Shown here: one piece after another, positions 12,221-25,579 of the stretch
How positions within the stretch are numbered: the stretch's first letter is position 1
How the letters are laid out: each line of letters begins with the position of its first letter
Origin: Mobula hypostoma
Lineage: Eukaryota
Assembly (NCBI RefSeq): GCF_963921235.1
Contig: NC_086108.1
Span: 28,894,001 to 28,958,000, forward strand
Direction of reading: 5' to 3'
Length of the DNA: 64,000 bases
Notes under the pieces: model-generated
Seen by the model: only the letters and a program-made list of their open reading frames with translations
The model's database searches: none
What the model was told of the DNA's origin: nothing
Translations under genes and position numbers: made by a program

Positions 12221-14152
12221 TAGTATCCAAGGCATTTCTTTGATATCTCACTAAGCTTGTTTCATTCTTGTTTTGTCTAACTGGTTTACATCACAGCTGA
12301 TCTCCAGCAGATACAGTGTACAATGTTTATTTTGATTTTACTTTTGTGGTTCAGGTAGATCAGAAGTACTTAAGTCAGGTCCATCCAAATATTTAGTCCC
12401 TCAAAATAAAAGGCACCTTGAAAAAAAATCTCGAATTTCAAAGCAGGAAGTTCAATTTAGGCATTTTTGGACTAAGGTTGGTCTCTTAAGGGGCTTTTAG
12501 AAAAACTGAAGAATGCAATGCACATCTTTATCCGAAACTTAGATACCAAATTTGCAGTACCTGATTTTATATGTGGGACTCACAGACTTTCTATTTTATT
12601 GTACATCTTCAGATTAGACAACAGTGCAAACAACGCAATATCTCTTTCAAGAAAAGTCATATGATCCAAATATGGTAAATGCAAGAACCTGATTTATCAA
12701 CATTGCTGCCGCTCATAAATTTGAACACTTGGAAGTCTTGTCAAGGTTCCTAAATGTACTTCATATAAACTTCACTGCACCAAGCAATAACAAACAGGAA
12801 ACGGACCACCTACAATACACTACGTGAAGATGAAAACTGCATGTGAGAAAATAAAAGGTACCCTCTGTCATCAAATTAATCTCAATGTTTTCTGAGCTCG
12901 TACAATTTTATATTACCCAGTTCACATCCAAATTATTCTGTTCCACAAGGGATAATGTACACAGGACATTTAAATATATTTTCTTGCTTTGCAATCAAGT
13001 TTTAGAATGATTCAAATATTACTTCCAAAGCATATGAAACAGCAGTAGGTATCTGCTTCAGTATGATCAAAAGTTAATGAGAATTAAATCTGGAAAATGT
13101 TTAAGAACTCATACAGAGCAAGGAAGATTTTATGTTTTCAATTATTAGAATCACTTCTGATTGGCTTTCATGAATTCAACAACTTCCAAATTCCCAAACC
13201 ACCCCCTCATGTGAAGATGAATTTTAAGATCACAATATTTTCAGCAGCACAATGCAAATACTGAAGGTTAATCAGATTTATCCCAATATAGTTATCACAT
13301 TGGTTCATAAGAGAAGCTAGAGTGTTACATATAATATTCTTTTTTAACAAATAATGCTTAATACCATCAACAAACCCTCAAAATTATATATACATTTCTT
13401 TCACGTTCCATATAAATACACTACATGTACTCAGTAGGTAACCACTGATTTTCAGTTTGATTGTGAGTACTTTGCAAGCCACTGACAGCAAATGCACATC
13501 AGGTTTAGGGAAAGACACTCCCATTCAGTGCACAGTAGTGAAGACTGCACTATCAGTGCTCATTCTCCAGGTTTACTCTCACTGTCTCAAATTGATCAGA
13601 TTTCAGAGGGAATTGCACAACTTCAGCAATAAAATCAAATGCAGCCTCCCAATAAACTATTAAAATGAGCAATGGATAACTCCCAGCAACAGAAAAGGAT
13701 ACAATAATTCTATTTTGCTATAATATCTCTTTAGAAAGTGGTTAAATCTCCATCTCAAATATTACACAGCAGCCCTCACGGTTACAGGTGACAATTAGCT
13801 GCTCTCTTTTACCAGAGGAGCCACATAAAACCATGTCTTTAAAAATATATTTTGCATGTGTTGTTAAAACAGATCATTTAAAGATTTGCAAACCATAGAA
13901 ATCAATTCTAACCTGTTTTACAGTGACACTAAGGGCATGGAAAACATTTCAAATATGGATTAGAGCAATTATATATCAGCAAAATGCATCATCTCCAGCA
14001 CGACAATTTTGCATTAAATTGCCCACAGGTATTTTAGCTCTTATTTTAATTCTGCTCTTGTTGTAAACAGTTCTAATTATGCCTTAAGCTGTCAATGGTT
14101 AACACATTCAAGGTAACTGTTAAATATCCCTCAAGTCATCCTCAGTACATAC

Positions 14153-14246
14153 CCCCAATGACATCGCCATTTTGGTAGTTCTTTCCCTTCTGCGCTTCCT
14201 CCTCGTTTTGAACAGTAGAGACATGCTTGGCTGAGGCACAGCCCAT
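14153..14246 (-). CDS. C1orf21: First coding exon (94 nt) of a C1orf21 orthologue; remaining exons were not found and probably lie beyond window position 1
   Basis: Minus strand translates to MGCASAKHVSTVQNEEEAQKGKNYQNGDVIG+G, nearly identical to the human C1orf21 N-terminus as I recall it (MGCASAKHVATVQNEEEAQKGKNYQNGDVFGD). It ends at a phase-1 donor GGG|GTATGT (intron starts at 14152). Too short for the ORF track. Confidence 0.95.
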
Positions 14247-14332
14247 AGTTCTACGCAAATGGCTTCAATGTGCACTGCCCACAGATCATCTCTAAGATGA
14301 AATCTCCTCCCTCCCCGTAAGATGGTTGCAAC
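14247..14332 (-). other. C1orf21: 5'UTR part of the C1orf21 start-codon exon, containing a 12-codon uORF (14289->14251)
   Basis: Acceptor tttaattcatttatccacag|GTTGC at 14333/14332. uORF is ATG ATC TGT ... GCG TAG, followed by AACT and the main ATG. Confidence 0.75.
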
Positions 14333-16171
14333 CTGTGGATAAATGAATTAAACAGTCTTAAAATCTCCATGTTAAACATGTTCACTCTTTTCCCCCCACT
14401 GGAAAAGAATGTGGACATCACCGTCACTGCTCCCCATTGCCTTGGGCACTGTAAATGAAAATGCCACCTCAGAAGGCACAAAGTTCACCTGAAACAAAGA
14501 GAAGGCAAATAAGAAATGCTGACTCCCATGACCCAATGTCCAAGCCCAAGTCATTGGCAGCTAGTAATTATGAGCAGTGTGTTCCACCAAGATGCAACTC
14601 TCCAAATACAATGCAGAGATACAAGGCCATAAATGAAAGGAAAAACAATTGTGGAACAAGATAATAATTAAAGATAAGCATAAAAATTACAGATCATGAA
14701 TCCAGATACTTGATATTTACCTATGCACTGAGATGCAAATAGTCAAGAACTTTAGGGCATTTTATGAGAAACAACCAGCAAATGACAAGTAGAATTTGCT
14801 TTTGTGCCTAACCAACAAGGTAGTACAAGTAGCTTAGTGCTAACCAGCTCCTAACCATTAGGCAGATTTACTGGTAAATACAAGAATAAACGATATTATT
14901 ACTTTTATCCACTCCCAGTGCACTAGTGAGACAAATCCAGGCATCATGAATGGCGATTGCATATTTTCAACATTACACGCAAACCACACTGATATCAGTA
15001 ACATAATAGTAGAATAATAATAAAATTGCCAAGATTTATTTGAAAAACTGATTCAGATTATCTCCTATACAATTTCTCTAGGTTTTATTTCACAGTCAGC
15101 GTACAGAATGCTGGAGGGGTTGGGGTTAGGGTGTGGTGGATGGGAGGAAGGGAAGGAAGACTGGCAGACAGGAGGGAGCGGTGAAGAGGGGAATTGCACA
15201 CTGGTACTAATCCTAATCTCTCAACATTCCCAAACTCAATCTTGCTAACTGCAAGAGCTCATTTCCACTTAAGAGCTGAAAAATAATGAACATAATTAGT
15301 AACCAATTCACTTTCAATCCCAAGTGCAAGCCCAACTAACCGAGCACTAACCAGGACAATGTCCCCCTACCCCATGCAAACATCTCAGTACTTTACTTTC
15401 GTCAAATGGTAGAAATGGGATTATATCCACTCTTCATCTGACAATGTCATGATTTCTAAAAGTTTCAAAACAGCAGTTGAGATCTTACTAATGAGAAATG
15501 CAATCTCCCTCAAAATGTGAAATAGAAATGGAAAATGAAAAATTTGTTTTGAATATTTTTCCCAGTCATTATTTCTTTGGGAGTTTTTGGTACAACATCA
15601 TGGACTCTATTGGTCTATTTAAAGATCATCTCCAACAAGACAGCCAAATACAGTGGACATTGAAGCAGGTAAGACACTGGCTCCCCTTTCACAACTGTCT
15701 CACCACCTTTTATTATCTTGAGGAGACAAATCAGTTTAATATTCTCCACAACTAGATCTGTGCAACCCCTACAGTACTTGGCCACCAGCTGGAACCAGAA
15801 AACCTCAGTTTCTAGGTACTGAATCCACTACCCTAAACATGCATTCCTTCCACCATGATGAACAATGAAATCATCTTCTAAACGTATTGTTGTTCTTTAC
15901 ATCCCAGCTTCACCAACTGCATCTTCCCAACCATAATCACGGACAAGGGTTTTAAACTCATCTAAACTCCCCTCCAATGCCTAGATCCCAAGTAAAGGAA
16001 TAAACGATTTACCAAAATAACAACTTCAGAGGGAAACTCATGATGCAGCCGAGAGTTGGATATTTCACAGTGCAAAGTGTGTGTGGAAAGTAGCATTAAG
16101 ATACGAGACAACCATTTAGATGGGGAACAGTTATTATCAGAGAGCTGTATGTTTTTTTGAATCCCTTAATC

Positions 16172-16917
16172 CAGGGGTCCCCAATCTTTTTTGCACCGTA
16201 GACCAGTTTAATGTTGTCAATATTCTTGCGGACTGGCCGACCCGGGGGGGGGGGGGGAAGGCGGGGGGTATTCAAGTAGGGTTAAACTCCCCACGACATG
16301 TCTTTTACAGTTAGGGTTGCCAACTTTCTCACTCCCAAATAAGGGACAACAGTAGCAGTCAAATCCCGGGGACACTTTACCCCAGGAAAGACTACCATGG
16401 CCATGAAGCCTTGAGTGTGCATGTGATGTAAGCAGGCACATATGTGCTGATTTTTTTCCTCACCAATCGGTTTTGCCTTCATTTTCCCAACTACACTGTA
16501 CAGACATTATTTCTACTTTATATAGGCTGTGTATTTATCATATCATTCCTGCTTTTACTATATGTTAGTGTTATTTATTTTCAGTTTGTGTTATTTGGTA
16601 TGATTTGTTAGTTTATTTTTTTGGGTCACAGAACGCTCAAAAATTTTTCCCATATAAATTAATGGTAATTGCTTCTTTGCTTCACGCCATTTCGGCACAT
16701 AAGGTTTCGTATGAACGCTCTACCTTAGCGGGGAAAATACGGGACAAACCAATTTAGCCCAATATACGGGATGTCCCAGCAAATATGGGACAGTTGGCAA
16801 CCCTATGTTCAAGTTCAACAGTGCGTGACAGGGAATGAGGAAAAGTGCAGCTGAGTCATATCGTTTCCTCACGGCCCGGTAGCACATGCTTTGCGGTCTG
16901 GTGGTTGGGGACCGCTG
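16172..16917. mobile_element. Composite non-autonomous hAT element (Charlie-type TIRs) containing a TAGGG-TIR hAT element and a Tigger fragment
   Basis: Outer TIRs CAGGGGTCCCCAA / TTGGGGACCGCTG with TSD ccttaatc/ccttaatt. Inner element 16277-16805 TAGGGTT...AACCCTA with TSD tattcaag/tgttcaag. Confidence 0.85.
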
Positions 16918-18085
16918 CCTTAATTGAGAGACATGTGATGCAAGACATTAGGTATATTTCGGGTGGGAAAGGAAATATTTTTGGACTGGACAAAAATCAA
17001 AGCAGGAAAATGACCTTGAGGACAAAGACCACAGAGTCAGAGTCATCGAGCACAGAAACAGGCCCCTGATCCTAACTGGTCCAAGCCCATCCAAGCTAGT
17101 CCCATTTGACCACGGTTGGCCAATAACATTAAAAACTTCCCCCTTCCATGTATCTGTGATTTAAAAAGTTGTACTTGTAATCCACCAAGTGTGACCAGGT
17201 CAACAGTGATCTTACTGAATGGCAGAACAAACTTGTAAGAGCTTTCCTGTTCCTATTTCTCAGGTTAGAGAGACAGTGAGTCTCTTAAGCTGCGTAAAAG
17301 AGCTACTTTCCCAAAGCTCTTTTATCCCTCCATACCAAAAACAGTCAGCAAGAGTGTCCCCAATCAAAAAAAGAGATCTCAGTTACAGGCAATTCCCTTC
17401 CCCATACAGAGCTATGAGGTCACTGCAAAACATTTTCTTGACTTCTTTAAATAGCTATTGACAATTATTACTGAACTTCAATTGAAGCCTTCAGAAAGCC
17501 CAAGTAAATAACAACTTATACGCTAGACGCATTACACTCTTACAGATTCTGGTCAGTTAAAACATTTACTGAATTTATGGCTTTCCATGTTCATAAGATC
17601 TTTTCAAATTCACTCTCAAGTTTGTCTACAGTTTTTCTAGTTTGCACAATCCAAAGTGGCTGATTATGCTGCATGTGAACAGACCAAAATATTGAAAAGA
17701 AAGCATAGTTCAGGAAGACCTTGACATACATGGATAAATTGTCGCCAATATCCCTGCATAAATAGATGTTTGTCAAAGTATTCGGATGTGATTAATTATT
17801 GAGAATGTTCAACACAAATCATCGTAACCCTTTGGAAATTTGACTCTTCATTTATTTTTATCGATTTTAATTCAGTATGAAAATAAAGTTCTCTTATGAA
17901 TCACTGCCATAGTCGGCATCACACTGCTATAAAACAGATCTTCAACCCAATAATTCCACACCAGCCATAAAACTATTTTTTAAAGCTAATTCTGCACTAA
18001 TCCTATTTTGTTCTACCCACATTCAACACTCCCAGATCACTCACTCATACTAGGTGTTGTGTATGCAATATTTAAGAACGTGTGT

Positions 18086-18874
18086 TCAATTTGTGCTAGC
18101 CATTCATTGATTCAATTTAAAATTGCACATCGTTATCATTTGACGAAGGAGAGAGTTTCTAAAATCTTTTCTAATGTTGATGGTCATTGTGATAGATGTA
18201 AAACTGAGATAGCTACACTGACACATATGTTTTGGTCTTGTTCTATATTGGAATAGTTCTGTAAGTCGGTTTTTTCAACAATTTCTAAAGCACTTAAAAT
18301 TAATCTACAACCTAATAAATTATCTGTGTTTTTTGGAATAATTCCTCAAAATATTCATGGTATTTCTGTGTCTGACCAACATATTATCGCTTTTGTTACA
18401 CTGACAGCCAGGAGGGCCATTTTGTTGAAGTGGAAGGATACATCAGCTCCCACTTTGTCACAATAGTTCTCTCAAGTGATGCTATGTCTTAGTTTGGAGA
18501 AAATTAGAAGTCGAACCTTTGAACCTTTATTTGATTTTGAGAAAAGAAGGGGCTCATTTGCTCGTTATTATCATTTGAGCTAATTGATATAACTCTTCCA
18601 GATCTAATTGTAAATTTTTTAGTATATTTTCCTTTCTTGCTGGCGGTTTGATGTTTATTTTTAGAAGCTTTTTGTATGACGCATGACTCCGGGGTTGTAC
18701 ACCTAATGGGTTCCTTTTTTTTTCTCTCATTTTTCTGCTTAGTAGGGTTTTTTTGCTATCACAAAATTTTTGTTCAATCTTTAAGATAATGTCTTCTTTG
18801 AGACATTGTAAGTGTTGTTACTTCAATGTACTCATGTTACTTTTTCTGTATAACAATAAAAAGATTTGAAAAGA
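18086..18874 (+). mobile_element. L1-clade LINE 3' fragment (ORF2 C-terminal CCHC zinc-finger region and 3'UTR)
   Basis: LIQFKIAHRYHLTKERVSKIF...CDRCKTEIATLTHMFWSC; aataaa plus an A-rich tail; TSD aagaacgtgtgt (18074-85) / aagaacgcgcgt (18875-86) at a TTT|AAGAA site. Confidence 0.8.
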
Positions 18875-18880
18875 AAGAAC

Positions 18881-18908
18881 GCGCGTGTGTGTGTGTGCGT
18901 GTGTGTGT
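18881..18908. repeat. (GT)n microsatellite
   Basis: gcgcgtgtgtgtgtgtgcgtgtgtgtgt. Confidence 0.9.
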
Positions 18909-20856
18909 ATAGATTAAGTATCAATATGAAGTTACAAAACATAACACTAGAGACAATTTACAGTAGCCAATTAACCTACCAACTTTGGCACCCAGAGGAA
19001 AGCCTATATAGCCACAGGGAGAATATGCAAACTTCACACAGCGAAGGTAATAATTGAGCCTCGGCTGCATGAGATACGAGGTTGTAGCTACACAAGTTGA
19101 ACCAATAGGCCATCTTTATAATAAAACAGAGAATATTTTAATTTATTAAGATAGCCTCAAAGACAGTCTGAACTTTATCTCTCTATTGATGCAACAACCA
19201 TTGACAATCAGACACCATCCAGCAAAGGAAAGCAGTGAATCACCATCCACTATTTACTGGGCCCAGCAATGCACGATTCCACTGAGAAACAAGCTAGGAC
19301 TCTGAATCAAGGATGAATTATATATTGGGGGGGGGGGGGAGAGTAAGAATCTTTTATTGTTGTTCTTCCCCAGGCCATACTAAGGTTCCCACACAGTCTG
19401 CAAACCAGAAATGCAGCCATGTATCAAGCTTCCTCATGGAAGAAGATGGCAGTAAAATCATACCACCAGCCTTCCAAAAGTGTGTTCGCATATATGTGAT
19501 GTACGCAAGCTAGCTGTTCAGAAGTTGGGAAGTACGTGTATGTTGATATTCACTATACTGGAAAAGTGAAGGGCTTGATCTGTGTTCTGATAGTTACTTC
19601 TCCCACCTAAACTGGTGTGATGTGAATCCCCTGCATTAGAATCAGAGTTCCCCCGGCTTTATCTTGCTGGTGCCCTCGACCATGGTACTCTCAAGTGTGG
19701 TAGGTGAGAAGCACATTAGCTTGAGAAGCTCATATTAGAGGGGAGAAATAAGAGAGGTCTTCTTGAGGAAAACCCCCCCCTGATGTCCCAGAGACACATT
19801 AGTTCCGGATCATAAAATAATGTACTTGCATGCATGTTCTTGGTCAACCTCAGTTACTAACACATGATAACCACTTGAGCATTATTGTGTGATGACTAGC
19901 AAAGTCTGTATCATATAATTTTAGCAAAAATCTTCACTGAAGCACATTTATTGTAGTCATAATAATTTGGATTTCCCAGTCTTAATACTAGATATCAGGA
20001 TCACTAAGGGAAAATAGGCTTTAAGAGTAGCCTCCAAATATTATTATATTACATTGATGGTAAATTATAAATAAGTGAATCTTTCTTTCAAAGATATTAC
20101 TAATGAAAATGCACGGGAAAACTGAGGCAAGTAAGGCGATATGTATGTAACCACTGCACAAGGATGCTGCTACAGTGCTTCAAATCTACCAGAATACATG
20201 TAGAGACTTTGCTTTTGCCCATTCAGGGGATGGATTTTGTACCAAACTGAAACAGAGATTCACTTGTATTTCTTCCAATCTAGTGTACTGCAATCTGTGT
20301 TCGCAATGTAGTCTCGTCTACACTGGAGAATCCAAACACAGATAGTGTGAATACTTAACAGAACTTGAACTCAGAATTCCCAGTTGCTCCCACTTCAATA
20401 TCCCATCTCACTCTGACGTATCAGTCCATCACTGCAATAACGAGGCCCCAGTGTAAGCTTCGGAAAGAGCGCCTCATCTTCTGTCTTGGGCAGCTTCTAT
20501 ACTCATGACTGAATTGTACAACTTTGGGTAGTTTGCTCTCACTGTTTGTGTCAGAACTGTCTATTTTTGATACAAGTCATCCACCTGTGGTATTTGCTCA
20601 GCTTCTCCCCTCTCCATCACCTCAGCCAGACTTGTTGGGCATGTTCCATAACCATGCATTTAGTCATTTTTAAACATCTTTCCATGTATTCTCATTTGCT
20701 GCTCTCTTCTCATAGCTGCTGCTTGATGTTCTCTCTCTAACTGCATCCACTGAACAAGTGGATGACCTCACAAGTTAATCCCCACTGCAGTCCTGTATCA
20801 ACCTATCAGATATACTCCTTGTCCAATCTGTGTCTTCTCCATCTCATCTATAATCA

Positions 20857-21044
20857 AGCAACACACATTAAGGTTGCTGGTGAACGCAGCAGGCCAGGCA
20901 GCATCTCTAGGAAGAGGTACAGTTGATGTTTTGGACCGAGACCCTTCCTCTTCCTAGAGATGCTGCCTGGCCTGCTGCGTTCACCAGCAACATTGATGTG
21001 CTTTGCTTGAATTCCCAGCATCTGCAGAATTCCTCGTGTTTACG
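20857..21044 (+). mobile_element. Penelope-derived 188-bp fold-back element
   Basis: Inverted arms of the pLTR 3' end; perfect 13-bp TSD tcatctataatca at 20844-56 and 21045-57. Confidence 0.85.
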
Positions 21045-21714
21045 TCATCTATAATCAGTTTGGTTCTTTCCCGGCTAAATCTTCAGTCTGAAATGATGAA
21101 GGTTCCTCACCACAGCCACCTACTCAACGATTGTAGCATTTTCAGGTTTTAATTCAGATCTGCAGCCTCTGCAGCTTTTTAAAAAGATTCATACGAAGTG
21201 CTGGCAGTGCGGATCACTTTCATGTTGGAGCACGGAATGAGAATCAAGCAATCCATACCTGCTCAGAACTGGTTAAGCTCCTAGGCCTTCACAGGTGACA
21301 CAGAGCAGATACTTGTTCCATCAGACTAGACAGGATCCACACTCAGGCCCTGGAAGGTAAAGGGACAATCTATTAACACTCATGATGGCATCCAATCCCC
21401 GTGCTGTCCAGCAACTTGATGTAACTCCTATTAAACATAAACATTCAATAACATGCAACCTGTGCCAACTGTCTGGATTTCCTTTGAACAAGCAACAATG
21501 CTAAAACAGCTTCCTGTATACTTTGTAATTAAGAGGAAACAAGGATTCCCCAAGCAGCCTTAGGAGTTATTCAGCAGTTTAGACCTAACCACATACTCGG
21601 ACGTTAGACACAATCACGTGAGTACTGTAAACATCTATCATTGTACCATGAAAATCATCATAGGAGGGTCAAAACTCTTTGGCAATGGGCAGGAGCATAT
21701 TCCAAATGGTCTGA

Positions 21715-23790
21715 CAGAACAAAACACAGAACAGTACAACAGAGGAACAAGCCATTCAGCTCCTAATAGCAATCCTGACCACAATGTCAAATTACACCAA
21801 ATCTCTTCTCCCTACACATGATTCATATCCCTCCGATCCCTGCATCGTGATGTGACTTTGTAAATACCTCTTAACTATCACGTTGTATCTGGTTCTACCA
21901 CTATACTTGGCAGAATCTTCCAAACACCAATCAATCTCTGTGTAAAACACTACCACCACCACCCCCCATGACCTTAAATGAAGGTCAATTTACATCTGAT
22001 ATTTCTATCCTGGCAAAAAGACTGCCTAGGCCAAGTGCTCTCAACCCAGGGCCCACAGATCCCTTGGTTAATGGTAGGGGTCCACGGCATAAAGAAGGGT
22101 GGAAATGCCTGGCCTAGTCTATCTGTACCTCTCATTGCTTTATAAATTCTCAGGTCTCCCTTCAGCCTCTGACATACCGCAGAGAACAACTCAAGTTTTT
22201 CCAAACCTCTCTGTTTAAACTTCTATCCTCTAATCTAAGCAGTATCTTTGCAAATCTCTCCTGTACCTTCCAATGCTTCTAGACCTTTATTTCAATGGGG
22301 CGACCAGAATTGTACACAATACTCCAAGTGAAGCCTCACCAAAGTTTTGCATACCTACAGCATGACTTCCTTATTCAAATACCCAGTATCCTAACCTACA
22401 AAGTCAAGCATGCCTTCTCTACCACCTGATCTACTTCTGTGGCCGCTTTCAGGGAGGTTTGGATTTGGAGTCCAAGATACATTAATGCTGTTCAAGGTCC
22501 TGCCAGCAACTGTGTAGTTTCCTCGTACATTTGACCTCCCAAAGAGCAACACCTCACACTTGCCCAGATTAAATGGCATCTACTATTTCTCCGCCCATAT
22601 CTTTAACTAATCTGAATCCTGTTGTATCCTCTGACAATCTTCATGGCACACAACTTTATCAATCTTTGTGTTGTCTGCAAACATACTAACCCACCTGCCC
22701 CATTTTCATCCAAGTCATTCATATATATTACAGAGGCTCCAGGTCCCAGCACCAATCCCCAAGGAACACCTATAGGCACAGACCTCTAGCCAGAATAACA
22801 CCTTTCAACCACTATGTGCTGTCTTTCATAGGCAAGCCAATTCTGAATACAACCTACTAAGTCACTAACAATCCCATGCAGCTTGATCTTCCAGATCAGC
22901 CTACCATGAGGGGCCTTGGCAAATGTTTTACTAAAGCCTAGGCAGACAATAATCACTACTCTACCCTTAATCACCTTCATCTCCTCCTCAAAAATGAATT
23001 CAATTTTGTAAGACATGATCTGCCCCACACAAAGCCATGCTGACTATATCTGAGAAAGCGACATCCTCCCGAATACACATAATCACTATCCCTAAAGATC
23101 CTCTCCAATATCTTCCTGACCATTTAAGTGAGGCTTATCAACTACCATTTCCCTTCTTGAAGAAAAAACAATGGCTGCATTTCTGTCCTCCAGGGCCTCA
23201 TCTGTTGCTAGTTATGACACAAAGATCTTTATCAAGGCCCCAACAATCCCCTCTCCTGTCTCTCTCAGTAACCTGGGATACATACCATCATGGCCTGGGG
23301 ACTTATCCACATTCAAGAGACAAAGCACCACCATCTTTTTAATTTCAAAATGCCTTGGCGTATCAGTATACCTTACACTGCCCTCAGTAATCTCCATATC
23401 ATTCTTGTCTGTGAATACCGACAAATTAGTCATTAAGTACCTGATTCCAAGTACAAGGTCCCTGATTTATACGCAATTGACCCCACCCTCTCCCCGGACA
23501 TCCTCTTGGCTTCAATACAAGTACAAAATGCATTGGGATTCTCTTTAATCCTACATGCAAAGGCCCCTTATGATAGACCCTTATATTCTTTCCTGGTCTC
23601 TTCATGTTACTCAAGGGCCCAGGCTGATTTTAGCTTCCCAAACCTTACATACGCTTACTTTTTCTTAACTAAATTCACAACCTCTATCATCATCCAAGAT
23701 TCCCATATCTTGTCATCCCTTGTCCTTCCTCCTGACTGGAATATACTAGCTTTGAACTCTGATCGGCTGATCTTTAACCAGCTCCCACCA
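21715..23790 (-). mobile_element. Degenerate CR1 LINE (RT to 3' end)
   Basis: DKSPGHDGMYPRLLRE, CLGFSKTFAKAPHGRL, FNLGKCEVLLFGRSN and RLKGDL motifs across frames. Confidence 0.85.
22032..22111 (+). mobile_element. About 80-bp hAT MITE nested in CR1
   Basis: Similar to 2233-2310; 8-bp TSD gcctaggc/gcctagtc. Confidence 0.75.
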
Positions 23791-23831
23791 GATTTTAAAA
23801 CCAGATTATAGAAGATTTTAACCAGATTTTA

Positions 23832-24118
23832 AAAGTTAAAGTCTGTCCCGAGCCTTATCAGGCCAGTGCTTATGCAGATTTCTGTGGTGTGAAGCGACCA
23901 AAAGTATGAGACTTCCCCGGCTGCCCCCCCCGATCGGACGCCATTCTATCGCGAGGTTAACCCGCAGTATTTGCCAGTACCCATTTTCAGCTGGGTGGAC
24001 TGGAACAATGTATGCTTAAGTGCCTTGCTCAAAGACACAACACGCTTCCTTGGCCGAGACTCGAAACCATGACCTTCAGATCGTGAGCCCAACGCCCTAA
24101 CCACTTGGCCACGCACCA
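23832..24118 (-). mobile_element. tRNA-derived SINE
   Basis: Minus strand has A-box-like GTGGCCAAGTGG and B-box-like GGTTTCGAGTC, then ctttgagcaaggcacttaa and gtccacccagctgaaaatgggtac; short tandem tail. Confidence 0.75.
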
Positions 24119-25579
24119 CATGATTATTCAGGGCAAAAAAAAAGGTTATGGAGAGAAGACAGGACCATGGGGATGAGAGGGTTAATTAATCAGCAGAGCA
24201 GACTCAATAGACTGACTGGCCTAATTCTACTCCCGTGGTCTTCTCATATGGCCCCTCCTCTACTGTTTCAAGAAACCCTCTTAGATGCACCTAACAAATT
24301 CTATCCAATTTAAGCCTCTAGAGCCTCTGGGACTAAGGAAGTCCCAGTCAATATTGGAGAAGTTAAACTCACCCATTTCAACAATCCTGCTGTTTTTCAC
24401 TTCTTTCCATAATCAATCTACATGTGGACAAGAGATTTGTCTCATATCTGCAGTTCGAACGAGCAACATTTTCCCCAGATCTGCCTCAAACCTGTAAATG
24501 TTACTTGAGTCTAAAAAAATTCAAGCACTAACATTCTTGAGCAAACTCATTTCTGATACACAACCCTGATTTGGACCGAAGAGCGCTATATGAGGTCATT
24601 CTTACCCTCGGCCATTAGGCTCTATAATAAATCAACCCATAGCAGGGGAAGTGACAACACCTCCTGATTGAGGTAACATTTTTTTTTAAACTTTCTTTAT
24701 CCCCTTCTAATATTTGTATATCTGTGCACTTGTAATGCTACTGTGACACTAATTTCCTTTGGGATCAATGAAGTATCTATCTTAATTATCTGATTTAATT
24801 TTACACAGACTCCAGCCGTAAGATCAAATATGGATACTCTGAATCAAATTAGCATGTTGTTGTAAAATCTCATCTAACTCAATTTGGAAAAAACACATTC
24901 ACTGCCTCTATTCTATTGGAACTACTAGGTGATTCCATACGCACTGTTAATTGTTATCTGAAATGATTTAGCAAATTATTCAGTTAATTGGGTTATAGAT
25001 GCAGGCTTTTTGTTTAAATAATACTGAATGGATTCAAAATGAAAACGTTTGAAAAGGAGTCAGTGAGCAGCTACTGTGGAGCACAATGATCCTCTGCGTC
25101 CTCAGTGCACAATTTTGTACTCCCAATTTTTAAAAAATTAATCTGAGTCTATTAAATGTTCAATCGACTTCACTGCTGACACTTACCATAATTGCAACTA
25201 TTCTGCTTAAATCTGCTAAAACAAACCAGGAGATTACGATGTTAAGACATCACATATACGTATGGAGACTGCGCAGCACAGAAACAGGTACTTCAGTCAC
25301 CAAGTCATTGGTGACTTTCTTGCCTGTCTATACTAATCCAGTTGCCCACATTAAGTTTGCAACCTTATATGCCTTGCCTGTTTGAGTGCCTCCTCAACAA
25401 AGCGATTGTATCTGATTCCATCTCAGTCTCTGGTAATCAGTTCCAGGTATTAACCACCATGGGAGGAAAAAAAAACAACTTTCCACCTTTAATACTCCTT
25501 CCTCTCAGCTTAAATCTTATGCCCTTTCTTTTTGATAGCCCTATTATGGTTTAAAAAAATTCTGACCATCTCATAACTA

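Noticed and set aside
1..14152. Next C1orf21 coding exon (DEYRIKPVEEVKY-like)
   Set aside because: Looked for it on the minus strand by eye and did not find it; probably outside the window.
24040..24118. tRNA gene
   Set aside because: The A/B boxes continue directly into a SINE body and tail, and I see no complete cloverleaf.
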